Source: an uncultured Ectothiorhodospiraceae bacterium
GTDB taxonomy: Bacteria; Pseudomonadota; Gammaproteobacteria; UBA9214
DNA length: 64,000 nucleotides
Reading direction: 5' to 3'
NCBI GenBank assembly: GCA_947259415.1
Contig: CAMYMI010000013.1
Span: 487-64,486 of the forward strand
A program made the translations under genes and the position numbers. The notes under the pieces were generated by a model. It had not been told where the DNA came from, did not search any database, and saw only the letters and a program-made list of their open reading frames with translations. Position 1 is the first letter of the stretch. The number at the start of each line of letters is the position of its first letter. Below, one piece after another: positions 51,968-61,744 of this stretch.

Positions 51968-54277
51968 CTAGAGCCAGTTGCCGATCAGCAGGAACGGTCC
52001 CCAGTAGCTCGGGTGATGGAAGCGGGGATCGTCGAGCAGTGTCAGCTGGGCCTGCTGCAGTGCCTGCGCCTTGGATACGCTGGGCTCCTTGAGATTCCTG
52101 TAGAACTCGGAGACCAGCAGTGACGAGGCCTGGTCGTTGATGTACCACAGTGTCGCCACGGCACTCCGCGCACCGGCCTTCACCGCAACCCCACCGAGAC
52201 CCAGGGCCGCCTTGTCATCGCCCACAGCTGTCTGGCAGGCGCTGAGGGTGAGCAATTCAACCGGCTGATCACGATAGGTCGTGCTGGCCATGTAGCCTTC
52301 GAGCCGGTCCATGCTGAGCCGGCCGTCGAAGGTCAGCAGGAAGGTATCGCGCACATCGCTCTGGAACTTGCCGTGCGAGGCGACGTGCACGATCGAGTAG
52401 GGGGTGTCGCTGAGCTGTTGTTCCACGTTCGAAATTGTGAAACTGCTGTTCTGCAGCACGGCACCCTCGTAGAGTTCGTCGAGGCTCGTCATCTCGCTCG
52501 ACACATCCGGCAGGGGCGGGAAACCCTGCACGCTTTCCGTCAAACCCGCCATCAGCAACTGGACATTTTCCCGCGGCAGTGGCTGGGGATCGGTGAGCGT
52601 AAGACCCGGCGTGGTCGCCACGGCATACCGGTTGACGATAAACTCTTTGCCATCATAGAGAGCCGCCAGGGGGATGGTCCGCAGGGCCCCGTCGGGAATG
52701 AAGACCAGGGTGTCGATCTTCAGCGCCTCGAGATCCTTTTCCAGCGGTTGCACCAGCCAGGTGTAGACCTTCTGCGCATGCCGCTTGTACTGGTGGGTGG
52801 TGCGTTTCTCCAGCCGGGCGCGGAAACGGTTTACCTCCTCATTCAGTTCATCGGCACTGACCGGAACAGTGTAGCGTTGCATGCCGCTTGGCAGACTGAC
52901 GAGGATTTCGAGGCGGTCCGGCAGAACAATCGGGTAGATCGCCGCGGTGCGTTCACCCAGCTGATCGATTCCCGTCGTTTTTTTCCTGAGCGCCGCAACG
53001 CAATCATCCTGGAAATAGTCCTCCAGCTCTGCGCCCTTGAGCATCTCGACGGTGGTGCGCACCTCACGCAAGTCAGCTTCCACGGCACTTGCGTCAGCAG
53101 TGGCATCCGCCCTTTGCAGAAGCAGATCCGCAAGATCCAGATATAACCGTCCGGCTTCATTCCGGAACTCCCCGTGCCTGCCCATGTAACCGGCCGCGAG
53201 TACCGGGCGAATTGTCTGGAGGTCATCGACGGCACGCTGGTGCGCGCGTATCGCGGCATCGACATCGCCAGCTGCGCGTAACAGGCGGCCCTCCTGCCAT
53301 TGCCACCGATAGCGGATCTCCGGTGCCGGCGTTTCCTGCAACTGGTGCAAGGCCCTGTGGGTATAGCGCATGGCATCTTCGCTGCGTCCTGCGCCTTCGT
53401 AGAGTGCACCCAGATAGCCATAGGCGTAGGACATGGCCCGGTCGTCATCGATCGACTCGGCAATCACCGCAGCCTCGTTGAGCGCATCATACGCACGCTT
53501 CTGCAGCGCTTCGGTGGCAGTCCCGGAACTCCCCGACAGGCGCGAATAAAGCCGGCCGATGCTGATCAGTGCATAGGCCTTCTCATGCGAAGGTGGAAGT
53601 GACTTGACGTGTCCCGCTGCACGACCAAGTTGCTCCCGGGCCTCGTCCCAGCGGTTGTCTTCCACCAGTACCCGTGAAATGTTGACAGCCCCCTTGGCCA
53701 CCAGGGTGTCACTACCTGCCGCTTTCGCATCGGCCATGGCCTGCTTGAAAACGGCGACTGCGGTGTTCGCTTCACCCTGTGAGGCGAGGAGGTTACCCAG
53801 GTTGTTTCCGGCCACGGCGGCCGCACCCGGCCGACCACCTGCACGCTCCGCTGACACCGCATTCTCGAGCAGTACCTTCGCGTCGTCGAGGCGGTTGGAG
53901 AGCAGATAGGCCGTCCCCAGGCTGGCCGCCACCTTTGCTGCGAGCCGTTCGTCCCCCGCTGCCTCCGCCAGCCCCAGTGCGGTTTTCAGACTGCTGATCG
54001 CCTTGTTATTCTGACCGATGGAAAGATAGGCCTCGGCCTTGTGCTGCAGTATGCGCGCCTGACCGGTCTTGTCATTCGTCTTGCGGTATTCCTTAAGTGC
54101 CGCGTTCCATGCCCCCAGGGCCTCTTCGAACCGACCATCTTTAAAATAGCTGCTCCCGCGCTCGACGGAGTCGGCAACGGTGACACTGGTGGGTGGTTCG
54201 ACAGCAGCCAACACTGACGTGGCAAACAAGAAACTGACAGTAATACTCAAGGCTTTTGAGAAGAAGCTGCGTTCCAT
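51968..54277 (-). CDS. Exported TPR-repeat CHAT-domain (caspase-like) protease
   Basis: Signal peptide 'MERSFFSKALSITVSFLFATSVLA', multiple TPRs, C-terminal CHAT with the His/Cys dyad 'HVASHGKF' ... 'LSACQTAVG'. Confidence 0.85.
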   Translation of the reverse strand: MERSFFSKALSITVSFLFATSVLAAVEPPTSVTVADSVERGSSYFKDGRFEEALGAWNAALKEYRKTNDKTGQARILQHKAEAYLSIGQNNKAISSLKTALGLAEAAGDERLAAKVAASLGTAYLLSNRLDDAKVLLENAVSAERAGGRPGAAAVAGNNLGNLLASQGEANTAVAVFKQAMADAKAAGSDTLVAKGAVNISRVLVEDNRWDEAREQLGRAAGHVKSLPPSHEKAYALISIGRLYSRLSGSSGTATEALQKRAYDALNEAAVIAESIDDDRAMSYAYGYLGALYEGAGRSEDAMRYTHRALHQLQETPAPEIRYRWQWQEGRLLRAAGDVDAAIRAHQRAVDDLQTIRPVLAAGYMGRHGEFRNEAGRLYLDLADLLLQRADATADASAVEADLREVRTTVEMLKGAELEDYFQDDCVAALRKKTTGIDQLGERTAAIYPIVLPDRLEILVSLPSGMQRYTVPVSADELNEEVNRFRARLEKRTTHQYKRHAQKVYTWLVQPLEKDLEALKIDTLVFIPDGALRTIPLAALYDGKEFIVNRYAVATTPGLTLTDPQPLPRENVQLLMAGLTESVQGFPPLPDVSSEMTSLDELYEGAVLQNSSFTISNVEQQLSDTPYSIVHVASHGKFQSDVRDTFLLTFDGRLSMDRLEGYMASTTYRDQPVELLTLSACQTAVGDDKAALGLGGVAVKAGARSAVATLWYINDQASSLLVSEFYRNLKEPSVSKAQALQQAQLTLLDDPRFHHPSYWGPFLLIGNWL

Positions 54278-54884
54278 TTTTTTACCTCCTGGTGGCGGTC
54301 CGGCGCAATACGCAAAGTATCGCATAAATCTGGCCAGATCACCTCCTGCGCAAGTCTATTTGGTACCGGGATTGGCTGTATTTTACGGGTCTGTGGGATG
54401 GTGTCTGGCATAAAATAGCCAACTCCGATTCTTGTAGAAGGCAATTCGGTAATTTTTGAACTACTTATATTAGAAAGTGCTTGCTGCGCTATCATGCCAT
54501 GGCGCAGTGGCACGGATTTCCTTCACAAAAATGGACACTATGTGCAGATTGCCTCTCCGATTGATCCGTTCTTGAGCATCTAATACAGACGGATCCCTGT
54601 AATACCAAGGGAGCCATCAGGCTGCACGTGGTCCCGGATGATAAGGTTTGTCTGACCGGGTGTGTCCTGCCTGCCGTAGGTAATAACGCCGACAGTGAAG
54701 CAGGTCGCGTTCCGGGATTTCCCGCCGCGGTATCGTGATCGGAAAATTGTCAGGCAAGGGATATGTTCACCAACTGCCGAATAGCCCCCGACTGGGATGG
54801 GGTGTTTGTGCACACCCAGAAGTGATTCGGGATTGCTTTTCTGTGTTATCCGCTATTTTACCCTGCGCTTGATCGGGTAGTCCC

Positions 54885-55390
54885 AGCACTTTTCCTAACC
54901 CTCTCCCTAACCCTCTCCCAAAGGGAGAGGGGAAGAAACCAATTCGCTTCCTGTTTTCGCCCATCTTTACTAGAGATTTCCTTCTTCCTGCGGGACTCTT
55001 TTCAGTACCCCCTTGAGGGGCAGAAGGTTAGGATGAGGGGATATGAAATAAATGCTTTCCCATTTATCCTCTTTTATGCCCGGCGCTTAATAGGATACTT
55101 TCCAGCCCTTTTCCTAACCCTCTCCCTAACCCTCTCCCAGAGGGAGAGGGGGGTAAAGAAATTCGCTCCCGCAGTATCCAGAGAGTGGCATAAAGGAGAT
55201 GATATGTACTTGTACAAGAGAGACGCACACCGAAAGTGAATTGGTTTATCCCCCTCCACCCTAGGAATTAGTGATTGTTTTGTTGTTAACCCCCTCTCCC
55301 TTCGGGAGAGGGTTGGGGAGAGGGGTTAATGCGCTCGCTCACAGAATTCAAAATAAACAGGTTTGAAGGGGAGAGGGTTAACGCCTGATC
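54885..55390. repeat. REP/BIME-like repeat cluster (two about 63-bp direct repeats 218 bp apart, a MITE-like TIR element, a B-type palindrome)
   Basis: 'cttttcctaaccctctccctaaccctctccca(a/g)agggagagggg' at about 54889 and about 55107; TIRs 'cctcttttatgcccgg' / 'gtggcataaaggag'; 'aaccccctctcccttcgggagagggttggggagaggggttaa'. Confidence 0.7.
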
Positions 55391-55438
55391 ACACTCTGAA
55401 GTACAATGAACCACGGCTAATATTCGAGACATCGATTT

Positions 55439-56080
55439 ATGCTGGAAAATATTCCCTTGTTCTCCGGGTTGCCCGAAGAGGCGCTGACCAAGATCGAGCA
55501 ACACGGCTCGACCAAGAGCTACAAGAAGAACACCATCGTCATCAACGAGGGTGACGAGACCGATTCCCTCTACGTGATCCTGTCCGGCCGGGTGAAGGTG
55601 TTTCTCAGCGGCGAGGACGGGCGCGAGGCCGTATTGAACCACCAGGGACCGGGCGAGTACTTCGGCGAAATGGCGCTGATCGATCGCCAGCCGCGGGCCG
55701 CCTCGGTGATGACCCTGGAGCCCTCGAAATTGATGATTATCTCGCGTAGCGATTTCATGGACTGTCTCTCGGCCAACCCGGAAATCGCCATGAATCTGAT
55801 TCGGCCACTGAACAGCCGGATACGCATGCTGGCGCAGAATGTCAGCAGCCTGGCTTTGCTCGACGTTTATGGTCGCGTGGCTCGGACCTTGTTGCAGCAT
55901 GCCGAGAAGGAGGATGGGAAGCTGATTACCGGTAAGCTGACCCAGCAGGAGATCGCCGATATGGCGGGAGCGTCACGCGCCATGGTCAGTCGAATCCTGA
56001 CCGACCTCAGGACCGGTGGTTATATCAGCATCGAGAACAAGCGTATCAGCATCCATCAGAAACTGCCCTCGCACTGGTAG
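55439..56080 (+). CDS. Crp/Fnr-family transcriptional regulator (cNMP-binding domain plus C-terminal HTH)
   Basis: 'GEYFGEMALIDRQPRAASV' cNMP-binding beta-roll; HTH 'QQEIADMAGASRAMVSRIL'. Confidence 0.85.
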   Translation: MLENIPLFSGLPEEALTKIEQHGSTKSYKKNTIVINEGDETDSLYVILSGRVKVFLSGEDGREAVLNHQGPGEYFGEMALIDRQPRAASVMTLEPSKLMIISRSDFMDCLSANPEIAMNLIRPLNSRIRMLAQNVSSLALLDVYGRVARTLLQHAEKEDGKLITGKLTQQEIADMAGASRAMVSRILTDLRTGGYISIENKRISIHQKLPSHW

Positions 56081-56189
56081 GCAGGCAGACGGTCTGACAC
56101 AAATATCTCCACATGGTCTTCTCCAATAAAAGGGGAGGGCGAATAAAATCGATCGCGGCTGCGACACACTCTGCAGGATTGTGTATAGG

Positions 56190-56770
56190 TCGTATTTTTC
56201 TCCCCTCTCCCTAGCCCTCTCGGCAACTGCTCCATGCATTGCTCTACCGCCTACATCCGTGTAGGCGTCCCGGAGGGAGAGGGGATCATCCATATTACAA
56301 GCTTCTTCTTTGCATTCGGTCTTTGGGTCCGCACGGACGCCTGCAGGGAGGAGGTGAGGCCGCGTAGCGGTCGAGAGGCTGGCCTGGGCCATGTAGGCGT
56401 TAGAGCACCAAAAGTAGGCGCTCTAGGCGACGCAGGGCGCAGTTGAAGAGAGGAACCGGTCTGTTTATACACGCTCCCTCTGCCTCCGGGAGAGAGGAAA
56501 GTCTGTTTATAAACGCTCCCTCTACCTCCGGGAGAGGGTTGGGGAGAGGGGAGATAAAGGAAGTTTCTTGATTGGCTGATTTTTTAACCCTCTCCCTTGT
56601 CCTCTCCCACTCATGGGAGAGGGGATCATCTAGTCCTCTCCCTTGTCCTCTCCCACTCATGGGAGAGGTGATCCTGTCACTTAAGTCATATAGATGATCG
56701 GTCACTGCTGTCCTATAAGCTCCCTCTCCCTCCGGGAGAGGGTTGGGGAGAGGGGATACAAATCAATTGG
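56190..56770. repeat. REP/BIME-like repeat cluster (D-type tandem units, B-type palindromes, rearranged copy of the 39.7-kb element)
   Basis: 'aaccctctcccttgtcctctcccactcatgggagaggggatcatctagtcct' x2; 'ctccgggagagggttggggagaggg' x2; 'cggcaactgctccatgcattgctctaccgcctacat'. Confidence 0.7.
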
Positions 56771-57040
56771 TACCGGTGTGCGTCCAGGTGCCATTGTGAG
56801 GCTTGCCGTTGTGCCCGAACTCTGTACGCCGGTCAGGCGACGCGTGCTGTCTTAAACGAATTAATCATTCAACTGACTGAATTACCAATGGAATTAACCA
56901 ATTCAAAATGTGAATAATTGACATTTTTTCTGTCCACTTTGCCGGCGCGTCCAGAAAGCCATCTGGTTAATCTATAGCCAAGTGAAAAGATCAATGTGTG
57001 TAACCAATGGAGCTGCCTGTCGCAGCCGGAGGAGAGAAAA

Positions 57041-57373
57041 ATGAAAAGGACCTTATTCACAACACTGGTTTTATCAGCGGCCATTGCGGGATTCAGTCCC
57101 GCCACGTTCGCTGCCGAAGACGATGATTCCATGCGCGCCTGGCAAACGAGTCTGTTGTATGCACCCAGCGAGGCGCAGCGAAGGGTTGAAGACCGCGGTC
57201 GGGTCGTGATCTATGATGGCCTGCACAGCACCGATATCGACCGGGCGTTCGATGAGCAGTTCGACCGTGTCGAGAACATGATGTTCGTCAATACCGTGCT
57301 CACCGATTCAGAAGGTGCACCGCTTACGGACCCGGATACCGGCGAATACATGACCGAGGACGACGGTTGCTGA
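57041..57373 (+). CDS. Small secreted acidic hypothetical protein
   Basis: Signal peptide 'MKRTLFTTLVLSAAIAGFSPATFA'; about 85-aa Asp/Glu-rich mature part. Confidence 0.4.
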   Translation: MKRTLFTTLVLSAAIAGFSPATFAAEDDDSMRAWQTSLLYAPSEAQRRVEDRGRVVIYDGLHSTDIDRAFDEQFDRVENMMFVNTVLTDSEGAPLTDPDTGEYMTEDDGC

Positions 57374-57416
57374 CAGGGCATCCACCCGGATGCCCTGGAG
57401 TGGATTTGTGTCGGAC

Positions 57417-58166
57417 TCAGTCGCTGATCGCGAAAGTGACCGGCCGGCTGAGGGAGCCGTGATTGAAGTCCCCCAGCAGGACATGCTCGTTGGTATCGCG
57501 GGCATGGATAACCCAGGAGTAGTAGCCGCCTTTTTCCAGCAGTCCCTTCGGTAACACCAGGCGAGGCTCGGACAACAACTTCGAGTTATGGATCAGCTTG
57601 CCGTCGTTCCACAGGTCACGGATAAAGACCTGGTAGAAGGCCGCGCCGGGGATGGCATCCCAGCTCAGTTCCTTCGGTACCTCATCGATCTCCGCATCCG
57701 CTGCGGGCACATGGCCGGCGGCCTGGGGGAGCTTGTCGATGATGACGTAATCGCGCGCCTGGAACTGGCTGCCGTCATTCAGGGTGACGCGCGCGGAATA
57801 CCAGCCATCGGGTGCACTCGACGGGACATCGGTCTCGACCATGAAGGCCCGCTTCGGTGGCTTGTTTTTGGGGGTGATCTTGCGGTAATTACCCAGGTCA
57901 AGTTCGGACAACAGACGGCCGTCGGGGTAGTAGACCTCGATCTTTTCGGTCTCGGCAAACCGCGGCGTGGAAAACAGCGGCATGAAAAACAGTGACCGGT
58001 CCGGCCAGTTGCACACGTGGATATCGAAAAAGCCGGCCGCGTTGTAGTGCGGGTCCTCGCCGGCCTGTGCGGCTGCAGCGAAGAATGCCAGACTGAGGAT
58101 AATCAGCGAATGGCTTAGCCGCCGATTGATGCGGGGTTCATGCCGGGTTGGATTAATAATGCGCAT
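57417..58166 (-). CDS. Secreted hypothetical protein
   Basis: Signal peptide 'LIILSLAFFAAAAQA'; 220-aa mature domain with no assignable family. Confidence 0.5.
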   Translation of the reverse strand: MRIINPTRHEPRINRRLSHSLIILSLAFFAAAAQAGEDPHYNAAGFFDIHVCNWPDRSLFFMPLFSTPRFAETEKIEVYYPDGRLLSELDLGNYRKITPKNKPPKRAFMVETDVPSSAPDGWYSARVTLNDGSQFQARDYVIIDKLPQAAGHVPAADAEIDEVPKELSWDAIPGAAFYQVFIRDLWNDGKLIHNSKLLSEPRLVLPKGLLEKGGYYSWVIHARDTNEHVLLGDFNHGSLSRPVTFAISD

Positions 58167-58204
58167 GGTTTCTCCTTTTCCGTTGCTGTTCATCCGCGGG
58201 CTTA

Positions 58205-58545
58205 CTGCTACGTTCCTTCTCCCCTTGAAGGGGAGAAGGTTAGGATGAGGGATGAGAAAGGAAGTTTTTTAACTGCATGATTTCTCAACCCTCTCCCTCG
58301 CCCTCTCCCACTCATGGGAGAGGGGATCATCTAGTCCTATCCCCTTACCTTATATTAACCATGGTGTGAGGGGTGAGAAAGGAATTGTCTTGACTGCCTG
58401 ATTTCTCAACCCTCTCCCTGGCCCTCTCCCACTCATGGGAGAGGGGATCATCTAATCCTCTCCCTGGCCCTCTCCCACTCAGGGGAGAGGGAATCATCTA
58501 GTCCTCTCCCACTCAGGGGAGAGGGGATTCTTTCGTTGATGTTGT
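58205..58545. repeat. REP/BIME-like repeat cluster (about 120-bp direct repeats containing D-type palindromes)
   Basis: 'gagaaaggaa...tgatttctcaaccctctccct(c/g)gccctctcccactcatgggagaggggatcatcta' at 58252 and 58372; 'ccttctccccttgaaggggagaaggttaggatgaggg'. Confidence 0.7.
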
Positions 58546-58594
58546 TGACATGCACCAATGTCATGTGCACGACAATGCAACCTGCTTTATCTAC

Positions 58595-59104
58595 TTATTT
58601 ATCCGTTCCCGGTGCCCGCCGGTTGGCCTCGCGCAGCCGCAGCGACAGGCTGCGCAGCATGCCGATGCTGAGTTCCGGGTAGCTCAGGATCAGGCCCTTC
58701 AGGCGCGATTTGTCCAGCGCCAGGACCGTGCTGTCTTTGATGACGTGGGCCGTGGCGGAACGCGGCAGGTCATCAAGTATGTTCATTTCTCCGAAGCAGT
58801 CGCCAGGACCCAGGCGGGCGATGAAATTGGTACTGCTCGTGTCCGGGTCGAGACTGATGCCGACCTCGCCGCTCACCATCAGGTAGAGGTGGTCACCGTG
58901 TGCGTTGATCTCGAATACGCGGTCACCGGCAAAGTAACGTTGCTCCTCAAGCGCCTGGGCCACGCGCCGCAGGTCATCGATGGCAACCTCGGAAAATACC
59001 GCAGATTTCTTCAACAACAGCAAGCGGTCAAACAGATCAGGCACGGCTGTTTCCTGGGCTGAGGGTTGACAGGACCGTGTCGGCACAGTGCCGCAACCAG
59101 TCAT
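58595..59104 (-). CDS. Stand-alone cyclic-nucleotide-binding domain protein
   Basis: 'GDCFGEMNILDDLPRSATAHV' phosphate-binding cassette; 5' end overlaps the upstream TLC/HEAT gene by 68 bp, so the start is probably an internal GTG near 'VPDLFDR'. Confidence 0.7.
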   Translation of the reverse strand: MTGCGTVPTRSCQPSAQETAVPDLFDRLLLLKKSAVFSEVAIDDLRRVAQALEEQRYFAGDRVFEINAHGDHLYLMVSGEVGISLDPDTSSTNFIARLGPGDCFGEMNILDDLPRSATAHVIKDSTVLALDKSRLKGLILSYPELSIGMLRSLSLRLREANRRAPGTDK

Positions 59105-61721
59105 CTTTTTGTTGTCGGCACCAGTCCAGAACCTCCTGCAGCGCCCTCAAATCGGCCTTGGCAGGCTTACCGGTCTGCTTGCTGATGCTCAATTGCAGTA
59201 TATCATGCAGCTGGCCGGCAACGTTGTGATCGTCCAGGTTGGCAAGCACCTCGATGGCGTTGGCCACATGTCGGCTGTCACCGCTCGAGAAGCCGGCACG
59301 GATAATACTGATCAACCCCGGTTCATGCAGGGGTTCCAGGGCCTGCAGTGCGAGGTGCAGCATCTGGTTCATGCGCTCACTGAGAGTGTATCTCACGAGT
59401 TCCAGGGCCGGTAAATCACCGACATTCACAGAGGCCTCCTCCAGGACGGCGACCGCAGCCTGGAGACTTCCGGCTTCGTCAATCTTACGCATGGCAATGG
59501 TTTCATAGCGGGCTGATGGCAGGCCCATCTCCTGCAAGGCCCCGAGCAGTGTACCCTGGGCACGGGGATTACACTGGTTATCGGTAATCCACAGGATTGC
59601 GGTCTGTACGAAGTCATCGGTCACCTGCTGCAGCGACCGCAGGGCCGCTTCGCGCACCCGGGGGTGACCATCGCCCAGTGCCCGGGCAATCCGGTTATCC
59701 CGGTCGGCGATGACCAGGTGCAGGCAGCCCGCTGCGGCCGTGCGCAGCGCAGGGTCCTCACTGTCGAGCGGATCATCCAGCAGCTCATCGATGTTGATGC
59801 GGCAGCCGGCGGGCCAGAGGCTGATACCCGTCAGCGCGCGTGTTCTGGCATCCGTCACCGGTTCCTGCAGGAGGGTCTCGAGTGCCTGGCGGTAGGCGAA
59901 GGTAACGGTCTCACGCTCCGGGTCGTCCAGGTTGGTGATATCCGGAACCAGGTCCATGGCCGCCAGGCAGGCAGGGGTGTCGGCGCCCAGCAGTTGCAGC
60001 CAGTGCTGGACGATATTGGGACGGTGTTCGTAGTTCACCGCCACGTGAATAGCGAGGCTGCGCAGGCGTGGGTTGTCGCTATCCAGGAGCCTGATCGCCG
60101 TATTTCTTGCCCGTTCATCACCGTCTGTTACCAGCATCTTCAGGACAGTGGCCTGCAGGTGTTTATCACCCTTGTCCGCCAGTGCATGAAGCTGCGAGCG
60201 GTAGGGTCCGATGTCTTTCGCACCGAGCATGCGCAACATGCGGTCGATCGTGGGTGTGTCCTTTTTACCGATTTCATCGAGGATGAGTTTCACGGCCTCG
60301 TCGGGGAAGGAATCCACCAGCAACCGCGCAAACGCGACGGAGACCTCGTTGTCTTCGTGACGCACACCGCGCAGGACCTCGTCGAGCACACCAGAACTGC
60401 TGCCCTGCAGCTCGAGATACATTTGCTCATTGGGCAGGAACAGGCGTTCCTTGAGGGTATTGAGCAGGGTGCTGACATAGGCCCGGTTCATCCGGTGATT
60501 GAAGAAAAAATACAGCATGGCGGCGCCGGCACCGGGTATCAGGAAATAACGCGGATCGTCCATGCGCTGCATGACCCACAACAGGGTGCCGCATATCAAC
60601 AGGGCCAGGGGGAGCACGATCGCGACCGACATGGCACGTGCACGTCCCTGCATGTAACCGGGCAGTACGTTGAAGAACATCGCCCTGACCGGATTCCTGA
60701 AGGCCGGCATCACGGTGTCCTTGTTGAAGCTGCCGAGCAGTGCGGAGGGCAGGGCGAAGCTGACCATCAGGGCCAACAGGCTGAATACCGTGGTGACCGG
60801 GTAAATCAGGTTTACCTTGCGCACCCCAAAGCGTTCAATGGTGCGGTTGGTGACGAACAGCTGGATCAGCAGCGCGATGATGCTGGTGGCCGCCGTCAGA
60901 GCACCGAAGAAGCTGGTCAGCGCCTCCTCGGTGGTAAAGGTCTGGGTATAGACCCGGTTGACGCTGTAATTGAGGATGTAAAAGGCGATCACCATGAAGA
61001 ACATCGCAAACGAGGCCGCGCGCAGTAAGGCTGAACTGTAGGTGAAACGCACGCCCTGGTTGATGTCGAGGATGCAGTCACGCACCAGGTGGGCGCCTTT
61101 CTTCGGTGGCCGGAAGTGTGCCGAGACTCCGTAGCGTCTGTGATGCAGGTAGATAACCGCAATACCCAGGCCGAGCAGCAGGCACCAGGCCAGCAGCAGA
61201 TTCTGGGTGCCGATCAGCGGGGCGAACACGGCCAGGGTCAGACCGCCGCTGATGGTGCCGACCTGGGCGCCGGCGTATATCAGGGGTGACAGGCGTTTGG
61301 CCTGCAGGGTGTTCAGGTTCTGGTTCATGTAGAGGGCGCCATGGACCAGCAACAGGTCGGAGGAAACCTCGTAGACCAGGTAGTAGAAGGGGTAGACCCA
61401 TGTGGATCCGGTATTGCTGATCACCATCCAGCTGGCCCCGACCAGGATCACCAGGATGCCCAGCAGGGCCTTGAAAAAGGACTCGGCCGGTATGCGATCG
61501 GCAAACGCGGCATACAGGGTACTGGCAGCGGCCAGCAGCACGCTCTGGATGATGTACATCAAGGGCAGATACTCGATGCCGAAGCGCTTGAAGAACAGGG
61601 CGTCGGCGGTGCTGCGACCGATGGCCATGCCGGCGCTGACCAGCAGGAAGAACAGCAGGAAGTACAGGACCTCGCCGCTCTCGTCCTCGTGGACGAGGAA
61701 GAGTTTTCTGATGCGTTCCAT
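59037..61721 (-). CDS. TLC/Npt-type (ATP:ADP-antiporter-like) polytopic transporter fused to C-terminal HEAT repeats
   Basis: N-terminal 12-TM domain beginning 'LYFLLFFLLVSAGMAIGRSTADALFFKRFGIEYLPLMYIIQ'; about 450-aa C-terminal alpha-solenoid with 'DPALRTAAAGCL', 'HPRVREAALRSL', 'SRHVANAIEVLANL' HEAT-like units. Confidence 0.7.
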   Translation of the reverse strand: MERIRKLFLVHEDESGEVLYFLLFFLLVSAGMAIGRSTADALFFKRFGIEYLPLMYIIQSVLLAAASTLYAAFADRIPAESFFKALLGILVILVGASWMVISNTGSTWVYPFYYLVYEVSSDLLLVHGALYMNQNLNTLQAKRLSPLIYAGAQVGTISGGLTLAVFAPLIGTQNLLLAWCLLLGLGIAVIYLHHRRYGVSAHFRPPKKGAHLVRDCILDINQGVRFTYSSALLRAASFAMFFMVIAFYILNYSVNRVYTQTFTTEEALTSFFGALTAATSIIALLIQLFVTNRTIERFGVRKVNLIYPVTTVFSLLALMVSFALPSALLGSFNKDTVMPAFRNPVRAMFFNVLPGYMQGRARAMSVAIVLPLALLICGTLLWVMQRMDDPRYFLIPGAGAAMLYFFFNHRMNRAYVSTLLNTLKERLFLPNEQMYLELQGSSSGVLDEVLRGVRHEDNEVSVAFARLLVDSFPDEAVKLILDEIGKKDTPTIDRMLRMLGAKDIGPYRSQLHALADKGDKHLQATVLKMLVTDGDERARNTAIRLLDSDNPRLRSLAIHVAVNYEHRPNIVQHWLQLLGADTPACLAAMDLVPDITNLDDPERETVTFAYRQALETLLQEPVTDARTRALTGISLWPAGCRINIDELLDDPLDSEDPALRTAAAGCLHLVIADRDNRIARALGDGHPRVREAALRSLQQVTDDFVQTAILWITDNQCNPRAQGTLLGALQEMGLPSARYETIAMRKIDEAGSLQAAVAVLEEASVNVGDLPALELVRYTLSERMNQMLHLALQALEPLHEPGLISIIRAGFSSGDSRHVANAIEVLANLDDHNVAGQLHDILQLSISKQTGKPAKADLRALQEVLDWCRQQKDDWLRHCADTVLSTLSPGNSRA

Positions 61722-61744
61722 ACTCAGAAGAATCTCATCACTGG

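Noticed and set aside
58252-58545. CRISPR array possibility for the regularly spaced palindromic repeats (also 62514-62765)
   Set aside because: The spacers are not unique; they are themselves repeated units. Repeat lengths of 68-120 bp and the absence of cas genes fit BIME/REP tandem arrays, not CRISPR.
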